64,000 nucleotides of DNA, from positions 13,690 through 77,689 of IMG/VR virus record IMGVR_UViG_3300033068_000427, one strand, 5' to 3'. The number at the start of each line of letters is the position of its first letter. Within the stretch, counting starts at the first letter, position 1. The stretch comes from a virus. Lineage: Duplodnaviria > Caudoviricetes. Positions 27,139 to 36,595 of this stretch are shown here, one piece after another. A program made the translations under genes and the position numbers. Under the pieces are notes generated by a model. It searched no databases. It had not been told where the DNA came from and saw nothing but the letters and a program-made list of their open reading frames with translations.

Positions 27139-29228
27139 ATGCACCACGAAATTGTTCTCGATATTGAAAGTAATGGGTTTATTTTTGAATCAACACAGGT
27201 GTGGACAGTTTGCGGTGAGAATGTAACAACCGGGGAAAAGATTAAAGTTAACCCATTCACCGATGTTCATGCTAAGCAGAAACTTCTTAACTTCATCTTC
27301 ACATCTGAAAAGCCCTTTGTGGTAGGCCACTTTTGGCTCGGATTTGATAGCTTTGTTCTTCAGAACTTGCTGGACATCAACTTCACTGTCGGAAAGGACA
27401 CCATTTGCGGGCGACCAGTTCAGTTTATTGACACGCTGTATTTAAGCATGTTTCTGAATCCGGATCGTCAAGGTCACAGTATTGAGTACTTCGGCCAGCT
27501 TCTCGGTTTGGAGAAAATTGACTATAGGCAAAGACTGATTGAGCTTGGGGAGCTTGATAAGAATGCGCCCGATGGTGCCGAGTTTGAGAAATGGCATCCT
27601 GAGATGGATGTATACTGTGAGCGTGACGTCTCTGTTAACGCAAAAGTTCTAAACTATTTGAAGCAAGAGTGGAAGGAAGTTTATAAGAAAGACTTTGAAA
27701 TCACAGATGCTTTCCGTTGTGGGCAGAAATCTTTTTACCTAATGTCATGTCAGGAATTGACCGGATTTAAATTTGATATTGAGGGTGCTCAAAGCCTTAA
27801 AATCCGTATTCAGCAAATGATGGAGGAAATCCGCGCAGAAGTGGAGCCAAAACTCCCTCCTCGTGAACTTAAGAAGGGAGAGCAGAAAGAATATACTATG
27901 CCTGCTCGTCCCTTTAAGAAGGATGGATCACTCTCAACAGTAATGGAAAAGTGGATTGAGAGACACAACGGTGTTCAAGTTGATAATGGCAAGTGGATTT
28001 TTTATGGAAAAGAATACCCTGTTATTGGCGGACAACAGCTAGATGTGAAGCTCCCGATGGAGATGGCTAACCAAGACCAGATGAAGGATTGGTTCCTACA
28101 GAACAATTGGAAGCCAACATTGTTCAATTATCGACGCGGCCCTGATGGAAAGCCGATGCGTGATCCAAAGACACGTAAGTTGATACCCACAAGTCCGAAG
28201 ATTCAAGAAGCAGGGAAGATTTGTCCTAATCTGTTAAGAATGGAAGCTGATATTGTAAAGCAAGTGGTGAAGTGGTTAAGTCTACGAAATCGCTTATCAG
28301 TACTAGAGGGGTGGCTAAATAACCCGCGCTTGAAGATGGATGGTCGAATTGGCGCAGGCCGAACTGGAATTGCAGCGACGCACAGGCAAAAGCATAAAGT
28401 TGTAGTGAACGTCCCGAAGGCATCTGACAAGGTTTTGCTTGGAAAGGAGTTCCGTTCTCTGTGGATTGCTGAAGAAGGCATGTTGATTGCGGCTGGGGAC
28501 GCTGCTGCGCTTGAAGGAAGGGTACAAGGGCACTACTGCTATAAGTATGACAATGGTGAAACTGCTGATGAGCTACTGAATGGTGATGTCCACAGTAAAA
28601 ACGTATGTGCATTTTACGGACACATTGACGAAGTAAAAAGTTTTGATATCAAATCGGAGGATTTTAATAAAGATGATCCTTTGTGGAAGCCATACCGCGA
28701 CAAGAGTAAGAACGGCTATTACTGCATTATGTACGGTGGTGGTGGGCCTAAAGTGGCATCAACCCTTGGTTTGCCAGAGAAAATGGGTCAAGAAAAGCTT
28801 GATGCTTTTTGGGATGCCAACATAGCTACAAAACAGCTCCGTGATAACCTAGAGAAGTATTGGAAAAGCGTTGGACGTGAAAAATACCTTCCGGCAATTG
28901 ATGGGCGGATGTTGTGCACACGCAAGAAGTCTGCGCTTCTAAACACTATCTTCCAGTCATGTGGTGGTATAGTCATGGACTATGCAGGCTGCTTCATGGA
29001 TGCGTGGCTTGGTGGGATCGTAAACCCTTTTATGAGTATAAGGGGCACGTTGTTCGACGCATTGCCTACGTGCACGATGAGGTAGAATTTGAATGCGATG
29101 AAGCAATTGCACCAGAAATTGCAAAGATGATCGAGAAAGCGATTGAGCGTGCTGGACAGCATTTGAAGCTCAAAGTCCCACTTGCCGGTGAAGGTAAGTT
29201 TGGAAAATCATGGAAAGAAGTTCACTAA
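27139..29228 (+). CDS. Family A DNA polymerase with 3'-5' exonuclease; -1 frame change near 29022-29031
   Basis: Exo I VLDIESNG, motif A AGDAAALEGR, motif B RDKSKNGYYCIMYG in ORF 27139..29085; motif C YVHDEV only in the -1 frame ORF ending at 29228. Confidence 0.9.
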
Positions 29229-29234
29229 TAGCCC

Positions 29235-29263
29235 TTGCAGCCTTCTCTGAAGGCTGCTACCAT
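29235..29263 (+). promoter_or_regulatory. sigma70-like promoter with self-complementary spacer
   Basis: TTGCAG-17 bp-TACCAT; GCAGCCTTC-TCT-GAAGGCTGC. Confidence 0.65.
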
Positions 29264-29454
29264 CACCAACGCTAAAAGGAAATCCCTCGACTACACTGAC
29301 TTCATGTGTTTCATCAGAAACCACCCTAGAAAATAAAAACAATTTCTCTTGTACTGTCACGAGAAGGGCGTAAACTGCGTTGCGTGGAACTATCCACCAC
29401 AGTGGGTCACATCCTCACTCTTGTTGGTAGTCACTGAACACCAAAATAAATAGC

Positions 29455-29483
29455 TTGCAGGCTCTTCACGGGCCTGCTATAAT
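29455..29483 (+). promoter_or_regulatory. sigma70-like promoter with self-complementary spacer
   Basis: TTGCAG-17 bp-TATAAT; GCAGGCTC-TTCAC-GGGCCTGC. Confidence 0.7.
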
Positions 29484-29515
29484 AATTCCCACAAAGACAA
29501 AAGGACTGGATAGAA

Positions 29516-29713
29516 TTGAAGAACACAAACACCCTAAAGAAACGCTATCGCCTCTTCTGCAAAGAAGATGGCGGAAGGCTGCGCATCACAGAGCTAGAAA
29601 TTTCTCAAAAAGACTTGTTGCTTCTACTTTCAAAACAAGATACAATGCGCAAGATGTTTAAGGAGGACGGAAATATCGTTGTTAAGGGCGCTGTCCTTGC
29701 TGTTGTCAACTAA
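29516..29713 (+). CDS. Hypothetical protein
   Basis: ORF after promoter, TTG start. Confidence 0.55.
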   Translation: MKNTNTLKKRYRLFCKEDGGRLRITELEISQKDLLLLLSKQDTMRKMFKEDGNIVVKGAVLAVVN

Positions 29714-29820
29714 CCACCCACCATCTGAATGAAGAGGCTCAAATGCACTAGCTATACACCAATTCTTATCCGACAATCTCATTGCAACAAACTAATAGCA
29801 GACAATCTTAAGGAAACAAA

Positions 29821-30549
29821 ATGACCAATCAAGCCCGAGCCATCTCCATCATCGTTAAAGACCTTCCTAAGAAAGGCACTCTCGACACTGTTAACCTCTA
29901 CCTGAAGAACGTCCCTGTATTCTATCCTGTAGTTCACGAACCCAAGACCAAGTACCAGTCCCAAGATCGTGAATACAGCCTCACCGCTTTCGTTGACGAG
30001 GCTACCAAAGACAAGCTGCTCGATGAAGTGATGCTCAACAAAACCTTTGCTCAAGTGGGCAAGGATAAAACCAGCAAGCCGCCTCGTCGCATTAAGTATC
30101 CTCTGTCTTCTCAAGTAGAAGAGGGTAAGATCAATTACGACATTGTTGATGGTATGTTTGGCTTTAGTGTAGCTAAGCCGGAGTTCAGTAAAGCTGGTAA
30201 GAAGATGGCTGTGAACGTCATTGATACCGAAGGTAAAGCCTTCACTGAGAACATTGGTAATGGTAGCATCTGCACCCTGAAGCTGTTCGGCTACCGCAAC
30301 CAAGATGGTCAGCTCACTGTCACCCTGGACACTGTTCAAGTGGTTGAACACGTTGCTTACGAGCAGAAAGGTGGTAACGGCGGTGTTGTGGAAGATGATG
30401 TATTTGGTGTAAGCTACCAAATCAAGAAAGCTGAAGATGCTGTAAAGGCTGATGCGGAAGAAAGTCATGGTCAGGTTCAGCCTCAACAAGTTGCTGTGAA
30501 GCAATCGGCAAAGGTTGCCGAAGAAGAGTTTGATGACGCACCGTTCTAA
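29821..30549 (+). CDS. ssb: Single-stranded DNA-binding protein (T7 gp2.5-like)
   Basis: OB-fold-like core (IGNGSICTL...LDTVQVVEHVAY) and acidic tail ending EEEFDDAPF; located in replication cluster. Confidence 0.75.
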   Translation: MTNQARAISIIVKDLPKKGTLDTVNLYLKNVPVFYPVVHEPKTKYQSQDREYSLTAFVDEATKDKLLDEVMLNKTFAQVGKDKTSKPPRRIKYPLSSQVEEGKINYDIVDGMFGFSVAKPEFSKAGKKMAVNVIDTEGKAFTENIGNGSICTLKLFGYRNQDGQLTVTLDTVQVVEHVAYEQKGGNGGVVEDDVFGVSYQIKKAEDAVKADAEESHGQVQPQQVAVKQSAKVAEEEFDDAPF

Positions 30550-30617
30550 GTAGATAAAACATCCAAGGGCGTCTACATTGACGCCCTCCCTTCCAAACAC
30601 AAGACGAGGAAGCCTTT

Positions 30618-30794
30618 ATGTACGGTGAAATTATGTTTAAAGACGAGAGCTGTCAAAACTATACCCAGGGTCAGGCTAAAGACGATCTAGCTTTTAAGTG
30701 TGAAATTGGTAATAATACTAGTCAAGCAGCAGCCATTCAAACTGACCTGAACAAGAGAGTGAGTTACAAGTTTATGGAGAAAGATGATGAGTGA
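30618..30794 (+). CDS. 58-aa hypothetical protein (not in ORF track)
   Basis: GAGGA RBS; coupled to next gene. Confidence 0.55.
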   Translation: MYGEIMFKDESCQNYTQGQAKDDLAFKCEIGNNTSQAAAIQTDLNKRVSYKFMEKDDE

Positions 30795-31005
30795 GCAAAC
30801 GTGGAAGTTTAGTAAGGGCAGTGGCTCCATTGGTCTTCTCAATCTGCTGGGTCTAATCTTTGTTACACTTAAACTGGCGGGTATTGGTGCAGTGGCTAAC
30901 TGGTCTTGGGGGGCTGTGCTTTCCCCATTCTGGGTTCCTGTTGCTATTGTGGTTGTTCTGATCCTGTTCCTTGTAACATTTGGTCTATTCTATAATAAGA
31001 AGTAG
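30784..31005 (+). CDS. Small membrane protein (2 TM)
   Basis: LL.LIFVTLKL.G...WSWG.VLSPFW family pattern. Confidence 0.75.
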   Translation: MMSEQTWKFSKGSGSIGLLNLLGLIFVTLKLAGIGAVANWSWGAVLSPFWVPVAIVVVLILFLVTFGLFYNKK

Positions 31006-31245
31006 GTGAAATTAAGAATGTCAAATAATCAGATTATCACAGACCACTACGAACACATTGACAACGGTGGGGTTTACTTTAAACTTGTAGAAGACGACGG
31101 TTATCACACTCTAAGTATGAGTGCTTCGTTCTTCGGATACCCGTCTATCACTGCAAGCTTCAATTCTCTGACAGAAGACAACTTGATTGCTCTTGCAAAG
31201 CTTATCAACGACCACCTCAACAAAACTGAAAAGGAAACTAACTAA
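31006..31245 (+). CDS. Hypothetical protein
   Basis: ORF in operon. Confidence 0.6.
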   Translation: MKLRMSNNQIITDHYEHIDNGGVYFKLVEDDGYHTLSMSASFFGYPSITASFNSLTEDNLIALAKLINDHLNKTEKETN

Positions 31246-31511
31246 TGTCCAACACCATCACTGAACAGCAACTCTTCAACCGCATCGTCACCCTGCGCAC
31301 TGAGATTGAAACTCTCACCCTTGACCTGAAGCAACTGAAAGCAGATGCAACCTACCACAAGGATCATAATCCTGGCGGTATCGACAAAGCCGATGTAAAG
31401 GTGATTGATAAAGCTGCACAGCTCGAAGTGAAAGCTAAGTTCCACGACTTCAGTGAAGAAAGTAGTGCAGTGGTTAAGAAGTATCAAGAGCTTTCCGGTA
31501 ACGCTGAATAA
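31245..31511 (+). CDS. Small helical protein, DUF2312/GapR-like fold suspected
   Basis: LFNRIVTL..EIETL..DLKQLKADA...GGIDK pattern. Confidence 0.55.
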   Translation: MSNTITEQQLFNRIVTLRTEIETLTLDLKQLKADATYHKDHNPGGIDKADVKVIDKAAQLEVKAKFHDFSEESSAVVKKYQELSGNAE

Positions 31512-31538
31512 CAGACACTAACTGAGCGAGTAAGACTA

Positions 31539-31742
31539 ATGCAACCACATCAACAACGAGTGATCTCTGAAAGAGATGAGCTTAGCGATAAAGTCTCTAA
31601 GTTGACCAGCTTTATTGATCCTAGCAACAAGGTTTATGCGAGTCTTGATAAACAAGATCAGCATCTTCTGGAAGACCAGCTAACACATATGTGCGACTAT
31701 CTTGAAGTTTTGGAGAAACGAATTCTACGTTTTAATGATTAA
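31539..31742 (+). CDS. Conserved phage coiled-coil protein (crAss001_48-like)
   Basis: MQPHQQRVI.ERDEL..K..KL..F...LL..QL..M..Y..VL.KRI..F. Confidence 0.7.
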   Translation: MQPHQQRVISERDELSDKVSKLTSFIDPSNKVYASLDKQDQHLLEDQLTHMCDYLEVLEKRILRFND

Positions 31743-31762
31743 AGCCTAGTAGCGCATTTTAT

Positions 31763-31812
31763 AGCCCTGCACTCTTACGGGTAATCCTGTCGGATGTGTG
31801 GGGCTTTCTTTT
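31763..31812 (+). terminator. Terminator-like stem with large structured loop
   Basis: AGCCCTGCAC...GTGTGGGGCT then TTCTTTT. Confidence 0.55.
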
Positions 31813-31824
31813 GGGAGGAATTAA

Positions 31825-32793
31825 GTGGAAGTGAATTTGAAAAACAAATCTCACATTGCTTTAGTAGATTTCGACACGCCAATCGTATCCAGTGCTGCAA
31901 GCATTCAACGAAACTACATCACTGTCACTCACACTGCCTCTGGCAGAAAGAAAGAATACGACAACATCACAGCATTCCGTGCTTGGCTTAAAGACAACGA
32001 GAAGTGGACAGAAGATCAATTCACTTGGGAATGTACGCCGAAGCTTGTTGAGCCAGTGGGCCACGCAATTCAAATTATGAAGAACAAGGTGGAGAGCATT
32101 CTTGCACAACATTGGTGCAAAGATGTTAAACTCTTTGTTGGTGGTAAGGGGAATTTCCGTAGAGATATCTACCCTGAATACAAAGCAAACCGAGCAGCTA
32201 AACCACTTGCTTTCAAAGATGTGTACGAGTACGCTGTAAAGAAGTGGTCTGACAAGATTGTAGTCTGCGACGGATATGAAGCAGAAGACCACGCTGCAGC
32301 AGAAGCTTACGAAGCCTATCTTAAATGCATAGAAGCTAAGGATAAGGCAGCAGGCGGTAAGGTGTTGTGCTTTGTTGATAAAGACCTTCTTATGGTACCC
32401 ACGGTAAGCTTCAACTACAACAAGCCAGAAGAGGGGGTGAAGTGGCAAGATGCGTTGTCTGGTTATAAGTGCTTTGCTAAGCAGATGCTTATTGGTGACA
32501 GGTCTACAGACAACATCCGTGGCGTTGAAGTGGTTACACCTGAGATGAAGGATGCGTTTGGGGTCAAGACTAAGAGCATTGGCGATGCTAGTGCTAAGAA
32601 GATTCTCGAAGGACTAGAAACAGAGAAGGATATTCTTGATCGACTTGTGCAAGTGTACAAGATGGCTTACAAGGATGAGTGGAAGAGAATGATGGACTTC
32701 ACCGGAAAGCTTGTGTGGATCACTCGCCACTACAAACAACCGTTTGATATCAACTACGAGCTTGAGCGTGTGGGAGTGGTGGTGAATGACTGA
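31825..32793 (+). CDS. 5'-3' exonuclease (T7 gp6/FEN-like)
   Basis: LVDFD, NFRRDIYPEYKANR, YEAED, DKDLL, IGD.STDNI.G. Confidence 0.88.
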   Translation: MEVNLKNKSHIALVDFDTPIVSSAASIQRNYITVTHTASGRKKEYDNITAFRAWLKDNEKWTEDQFTWECTPKLVEPVGHAIQIMKNKVESILAQHWCKDVKLFVGGKGNFRRDIYPEYKANRAAKPLAFKDVYEYAVKKWSDKIVVCDGYEAEDHAAAEAYEAYLKCIEAKDKAAGGKVLCFVDKDLLMVPTVSFNYNKPEEGVKWQDALSGYKCFAKQMLIGDRSTDNIRGVEVVTPEMKDAFGVKTKSIGDASAKKILEGLETEKDILDRLVQVYKMAYKDEWKRMMDFTGKLVWITRHYKQPFDINYELERVGVVVND

Positions 32794-33370
32794 GGTTGTA
32801 GAAAAAGATAAGATTGATATTCTGGTTGAAAAGTACCCCCACATCTGGAAGACTCGCGCTGCTGTGTTGAGCTGGCTTCGTGGAGGTATTCGTCGTTCAC
32901 TGTGGAACCGTTCCCCACAGAAACTTGAGTTCATCAAGAAGAATAGAATCCGTATCCCTAACCCAAATCCGAATGGCAAGGCGAAGGAAATATGGGGAGG
33001 TGTGTGTGGACTAACAGGAGAAGTGCTGCCTTTGAACCAGCTTGATGTGGATCATAAGGTTGGTAACAACAGCCTGCTCTCCCTAGAAGATGTCCGTCCA
33101 TTCATTGAGGCAATTGCCCTTGTGACAGAGGATGACCTTATGCTGGTTGGTAAAGACGCACACAAAGCTAAGTCTCACAGTGAAAGGAAGGGCATCTCTT
33201 TCGAGGAAGCTCTGGTTGAGAAGAAGGTGATTGCTATGGAAAAGGACAAATCTCTTGTTCCCTTCCTTATTGGAAATGGGTATACTGATGACGTAATCGG
33301 AAAGAACGCTAAGCAGCGAAGGCAACAGGCCATTGAAGTACTAATGAGCAAAGGAGAAAGCATTGAATGA
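32786..33370 (+). CDS. HNH nuclease (conserved replication-module type)
   Basis: WLRGGIRR.LW...C.LTG...LDVDH. Confidence 0.7.
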   Translation: MTEVVEKDKIDILVEKYPHIWKTRAAVLSWLRGGIRRSLWNRSPQKLEFIKKNRIRIPNPNPNGKAKEIWGGVCGLTGEVLPLNQLDVDHKVGNNSLLSLEDVRPFIEAIALVTEDDLMLVGKDAHKAKSHSERKGISFEEALVEKKVIAMEKDKSLVPFLIGNGYTDDVIGKNAKQRRQQAIEVLMSKGESIE

Positions 33371-33509
33371 GATTGAATGGGGTGCTGCCCTAAAACAGCA
33401 GAACGACAAGATGATGGCTTGTGCTGTCATCTTCCTACAACAGCTAACCCTCCTACAAATCCCACATCTTGCCGCTAATGTCCTAATTTGGAGCAATTGC
33501 ATTGTCTAG
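33363..33509 (+). CDS. 48-aa hypothetical protein (not in ORF track)
   Basis: GGAG RBS, TTG start, fills gap between coupled genes. Confidence 0.4.
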   Translation: MNEIEWGAALKQQNDKMMACAVIFLQQLTLLQIPHLAANVLIWSNCIV

Positions 33510-33714
33510 ACAAAGGAAAGCTAAGCGTCCGAAAGTGGAGCTTGATTACTGGCGATGTGCGTATTGCGCTGCTATTACACGAAGGTTTGTTAAAGAGCAT
33601 AACCTCATTTCTCTTGAGGAGATCGGTGGAATTCCGAGAGAAGATATGAACAAGCTAGTCGCTGAGCTTATTGAGCGAGTCGGTTATGCAGATCAATTTG
33701 AGTTGGTAGAATAA
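33502..33714 (+). CDS. Hypothetical protein
   Basis: ORF in operon. Confidence 0.6.
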   Translation: MSRQRKAKRPKVELDYWRCAYCAAITRRFVKEHNLISLEEIGGIPREDMNKLVAELIERVGYADQFELVE

Positions 33715-33726
33715 GGAGAAGTAAGT

Positions 33727-34662
33727 TTGAATTGGAAACTAGAAGCACTTGAAAAAGCAAAGCAAGGCGTAAGCTGGCGCAAGATTGCCAAAGAGCTTGG
33801 TGTACCTAAATCGACTTGCAGTGATTGGTTGCGTAAGCACCTCAAGGATCACATCAAGAGCGATGGAGCCAAAGTAATTGAACCTACCGACCATATCAAC
33901 GGGCCTAAGATTCTGTTTATTGACGTTGAAACAAGTCCCATAATTTCTCACGTCTGGGGTCTTTGGAATAACAACGTAGGCTTGAATCAGATTGAAGCAG
34001 ACTGGCACCTCCTATCCTTCTGTGCAAAGTGGGCGCACTCGGAAGATGTAATCTATTCTGACCAACGAGATCAAGAAGACATTGAGGATGACTACTCCCT
34101 TGTCCTTAAGATTTGGCACCTGCTGAACGAAGCTGATTGGGTTGTTGGGCACAATGCAAAATCTTTCGATGTTAAGAAGGTCAATGCCCGACTTGTGCTG
34201 AATGGTTTGCCTAAACCAAGCCCTTTCAAGGTGGTTGACACTCTTGAGATTGCCAAGCGTAACTTCAAGTTTACCAGCAACCGCCTTCAGTATCTTGCCG
34301 ATAACTTGTGTGAGACTAAGAAATTGGATCATTCCAAGTTCCCCGGTCACACTCTGTGGACGGAGTGTATGAAGGGTAATAAAGAAGCGTGGGATGAGAT
34401 GAAAGCTTACAACATTGCCGACGTACTCTCATTGGAAGAGCTTTTCTACATCCTAGCATCTTGGGACAACAGTCTTCCAAGTGAAGATGTTTATGTAAAC
34501 GATATCCTCGATATGTCTCAGTGGGAAAAGTTGGGCTTCCATTACACTGCATTGGGTAAATACCAAGTGTATCGGAACAAACTCACTGGCCAGCAAAAGC
34601 GTAGTCGTGTTAACCTTCTGTCCAAAGAAAAGCGAGACAGCTTGCTAGTTAATGTAAAATAG
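33727..34662 (+). CDS. DnaQ/RNase H-fold 3'-5' exonuclease with N-terminal helix-turn-helix
   Basis: SWRKIAKELGVPKSTCSDWL HTH; FIDVETS, GHNAKSFD, YNIADV DEDD motifs. Confidence 0.8.
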   Translation: MNWKLEALEKAKQGVSWRKIAKELGVPKSTCSDWLRKHLKDHIKSDGAKVIEPTDHINGPKILFIDVETSPIISHVWGLWNNNVGLNQIEADWHLLSFCAKWAHSEDVIYSDQRDQEDIEDDYSLVLKIWHLLNEADWVVGHNAKSFDVKKVNARLVLNGLPKPSPFKVVDTLEIAKRNFKFTSNRLQYLADNLCETKKLDHSKFPGHTLWTECMKGNKEAWDEMKAYNIADVLSLEELFYILASWDNSLPSEDVYVNDILDMSQWEKLGFHYTALGKYQVYRNKLTGQQKRSRVNLLSKEKRDSLLVNVK

Positions 34663-34689
34663 TGCGTGAACCAGATCACCATTAGAAAA

Positions 34690-34735
34690 TAGCAGACTCG
34701 CGGCGCTTTGTAACAAGCCGAAAGTGAGTCTGCTA
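34690..34735 (+). other. Strong stem-loop upstream of methyltransferase
   Basis: TAGCAGACTCGC ... GTGAGTCTGCTA, 12 bp with one G-U pair, inner GGC/GCC. Confidence 0.5.
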
Positions 34736-34767
34736 GTCTGACTGAACCAAGTAGAAGAGGCTGTAAA

Positions 34768-35484
34768 GTGTCTGTTGAGAGCAATTTTGAAAATTCGGAT
34801 GCGTTGTCCTATCTGAAAACCCTCCCTGATAAGTCTGTAAATCTTGTTCTCACAGACCCTCCTTATGCCATCTCGCGGGCTACCGGATTTGCTTCTGGTG
34901 AGGTGAAGGGTAACGATACCGATAGGTTTAGGGTGAGTTATGAGTTTGGTGACTGGGACACGGTTGATCTCTCTTATTTTAAAGATGTGTTCACGGAAGC
35001 GTTCCGAGTAATGAGCGGTGGCGCAACTCTTATTGTGTTCTACGACCAATGGAAGGTGCAGGAGCTAAAAGAGCTGCTTGAGAAGAGCGGGTTTAGGATG
35101 TTCCGAATGATCGAATGGGTGAAGACCAATCCTGTCCCAATCAACAGCAAATCACTTTACCTTTCAAACTCAAAAGAGTATGCTTTGGTGTGCGTGAAAG
35201 GGGGTAAGCCGGTATTTAATTCCTCCTACCACAAGGGGGTTTTTGAATACCCGATCTACCACGCAAAAGATCGTTGGCATTCCACACAAAAGAGCTTGCC
35301 TTTGTTTGAAGAGTTGATTAAGATACACACCAACGAAAAGCAAGTTGTTCTTGATATGTTCTCAGGCTCAGCAACAACACAAGTAGCTGCAAAGAAGCTA
35401 AACAGAAAGTGGCTGGGTTGTGAACTTAACGAAGAATTTTATCTGAAATGTAAACAGAGGATTGAAGATGCAAAACCGTATTAA
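34768..35484 (+). CDS. Amino-DNA methyltransferase (N6-adenine/N4-cytosine, beta order)
   Basis: Motif IV LTDPPY precedes motif I VLDMFSGSATT; H.TQK. Confidence 0.9.
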   Translation: MSVESNFENSDALSYLKTLPDKSVNLVLTDPPYAISRATGFASGEVKGNDTDRFRVSYEFGDWDTVDLSYFKDVFTEAFRVMSGGATLIVFYDQWKVQELKELLEKSGFRMFRMIEWVKTNPVPINSKSLYLSNSKEYALVCVKGGKPVFNSSYHKGVFEYPIYHAKDRWHSTQKSLPLFEELIKIHTNEKQVVLDMFSGSATTQVAAKKLNRKWLGCELNEEFYLKCKQRIEDAKPY

Positions 35485-35872
35485 AGCCACAATGAAATCT
35501 CTTGTTGCGCTTGGTCTTGATCTCGAAAGCGGCAAGTCTGGTGAAATAAATATGTGTGCCCTTGAGGTTGCTACAAACACACGTCACGTTTCTAACGGCT
35601 CTCGCATCATTCGTGATGATGTTGCCCCATTCTCTTTCTTCAAAATTGAACGAAAGTATTGCGGAACCAGTCTTCAAGCTGTACAATTCCACGGCTACCG
35701 CGATGTAGAGTTTGAGTTTTACGAAACCAGCAATAAGATTGAGTCTGTAAAAGACAAGATCAAGTCGCTAAAGAAGAAGCTGAAACAGCTTGAACAAGAA
35801 CAAGAGTTTCTGCTAAACTGCGACAGCGGTAACAAGATTTACGGCAAAGAAGATTTGGAATCTTACATCTGA
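35462..35872 (+). CDS. Hypothetical protein
   Basis: ORF with C-terminal coiled coil. Confidence 0.6.
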   Translation: MKMQNRIKATMKSLVALGLDLESGKSGEINMCALEVATNTRHVSNGSRIIRDDVAPFSFFKIERKYCGTSLQAVQFHGYRDVEFEFYETSNKIESVKDKIKSLKKKLKQLEQEQEFLLNCDSGNKIYGKEDLESYI

Positions 35873-35882
35873 GGATTAAGAG

Positions 35883-36365
35883 ATGAGTAACGAAACACTG
35901 GTTGTTAAGAAAGTACCATTCGATGTTCTTGAAGTGGGTTGTAAGTATGAGAGTCGTTGTGGTGAGATTTGGGAGGTAATTGGAGTCACGGAAGAGGGGA
36001 CTTATCCTTTTTCGGCAAGATCGGGGAATAGAGAAGCTTGGTTTGCAAAGAATGGCCGGTATACTGTTGTTGAGGGCAGAGAGAGTAGTGACGACCTAAT
36101 CTTTAAGCTAGTGGAAAGTGATGGATCGGATGACCAATCAGTAGACGCAATCAATCCGTCCCACTACAAGCACAACGGGATTGAAACCATTGACTATATG
36201 AAGGCTGTGTCTACAGAAGAAGAGTTTAAAGGGCACCTTCGACTCACAGCCATTAAGTATATTAGTCGTCTTGGTAAGAAAGATTGCCCTAAGCAAGAGA
36301 TTAAGAAAGCCATTTGGTATCTGAACAAACTCCTAGAAGAATATGAGGCTGAAAATAATGAATAA
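35883..36365 (+). CDS. Two-domain protein with C-terminal DUF3310 (SaV-like) domain
   Basis: DAINPSHY...IETIDY...F...AIKY..R.GKK....IKKAIWYL. Confidence 0.8.
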   Translation: MSNETLVVKKVPFDVLEVGCKYESRCGEIWEVIGVTEEGTYPFSARSGNREAWFAKNGRYTVVEGRESSDDLIFKLVESDGSDDQSVDAINPSHYKHNGIETIDYMKAVSTEEEFKGHLRLTAIKYISRLGKKDCPKQEIKKAIWYLNKLLEEYEAENNE

Positions 36366-36585
36366 AATTACCCTGATTTCAGAGTCAACTGAATACTTCG
36401 ATCCGATTGACAAGTGTACTTACCCTGCAAAGAAAGTTGTAGTTGAGTTTGATACTGAGAATCTTGTTTGGACAGACGCACTTCGAGAGTTTCTTGGATT
36501 TCTGAATTGCTCTGGGTACATTATCAATCCGCTCAAGCAGCAAGAAATTGCTAACACTGCTTTTGAAATCCACCGAGAAGGTTAA
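36358..36585 (+). CDS. Hypothetical protein
   Basis: GAGG RBS; coupled. Confidence 0.65.
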   Translation: MNKITLISESTEYFDPIDKCTYPAKKVVVEFDTENLVWTDALREFLGFLNCSGYIINPLKQQEIANTAFEIHREG

Positions 36586-36595
36586 GGTGAAACAA

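Noticed and set aside
29779-30600. 273-aa - strand ORF
   Set aside because: Antisense shadow of the SSB gene; no RBS or motifs; explained by + strand codon bias
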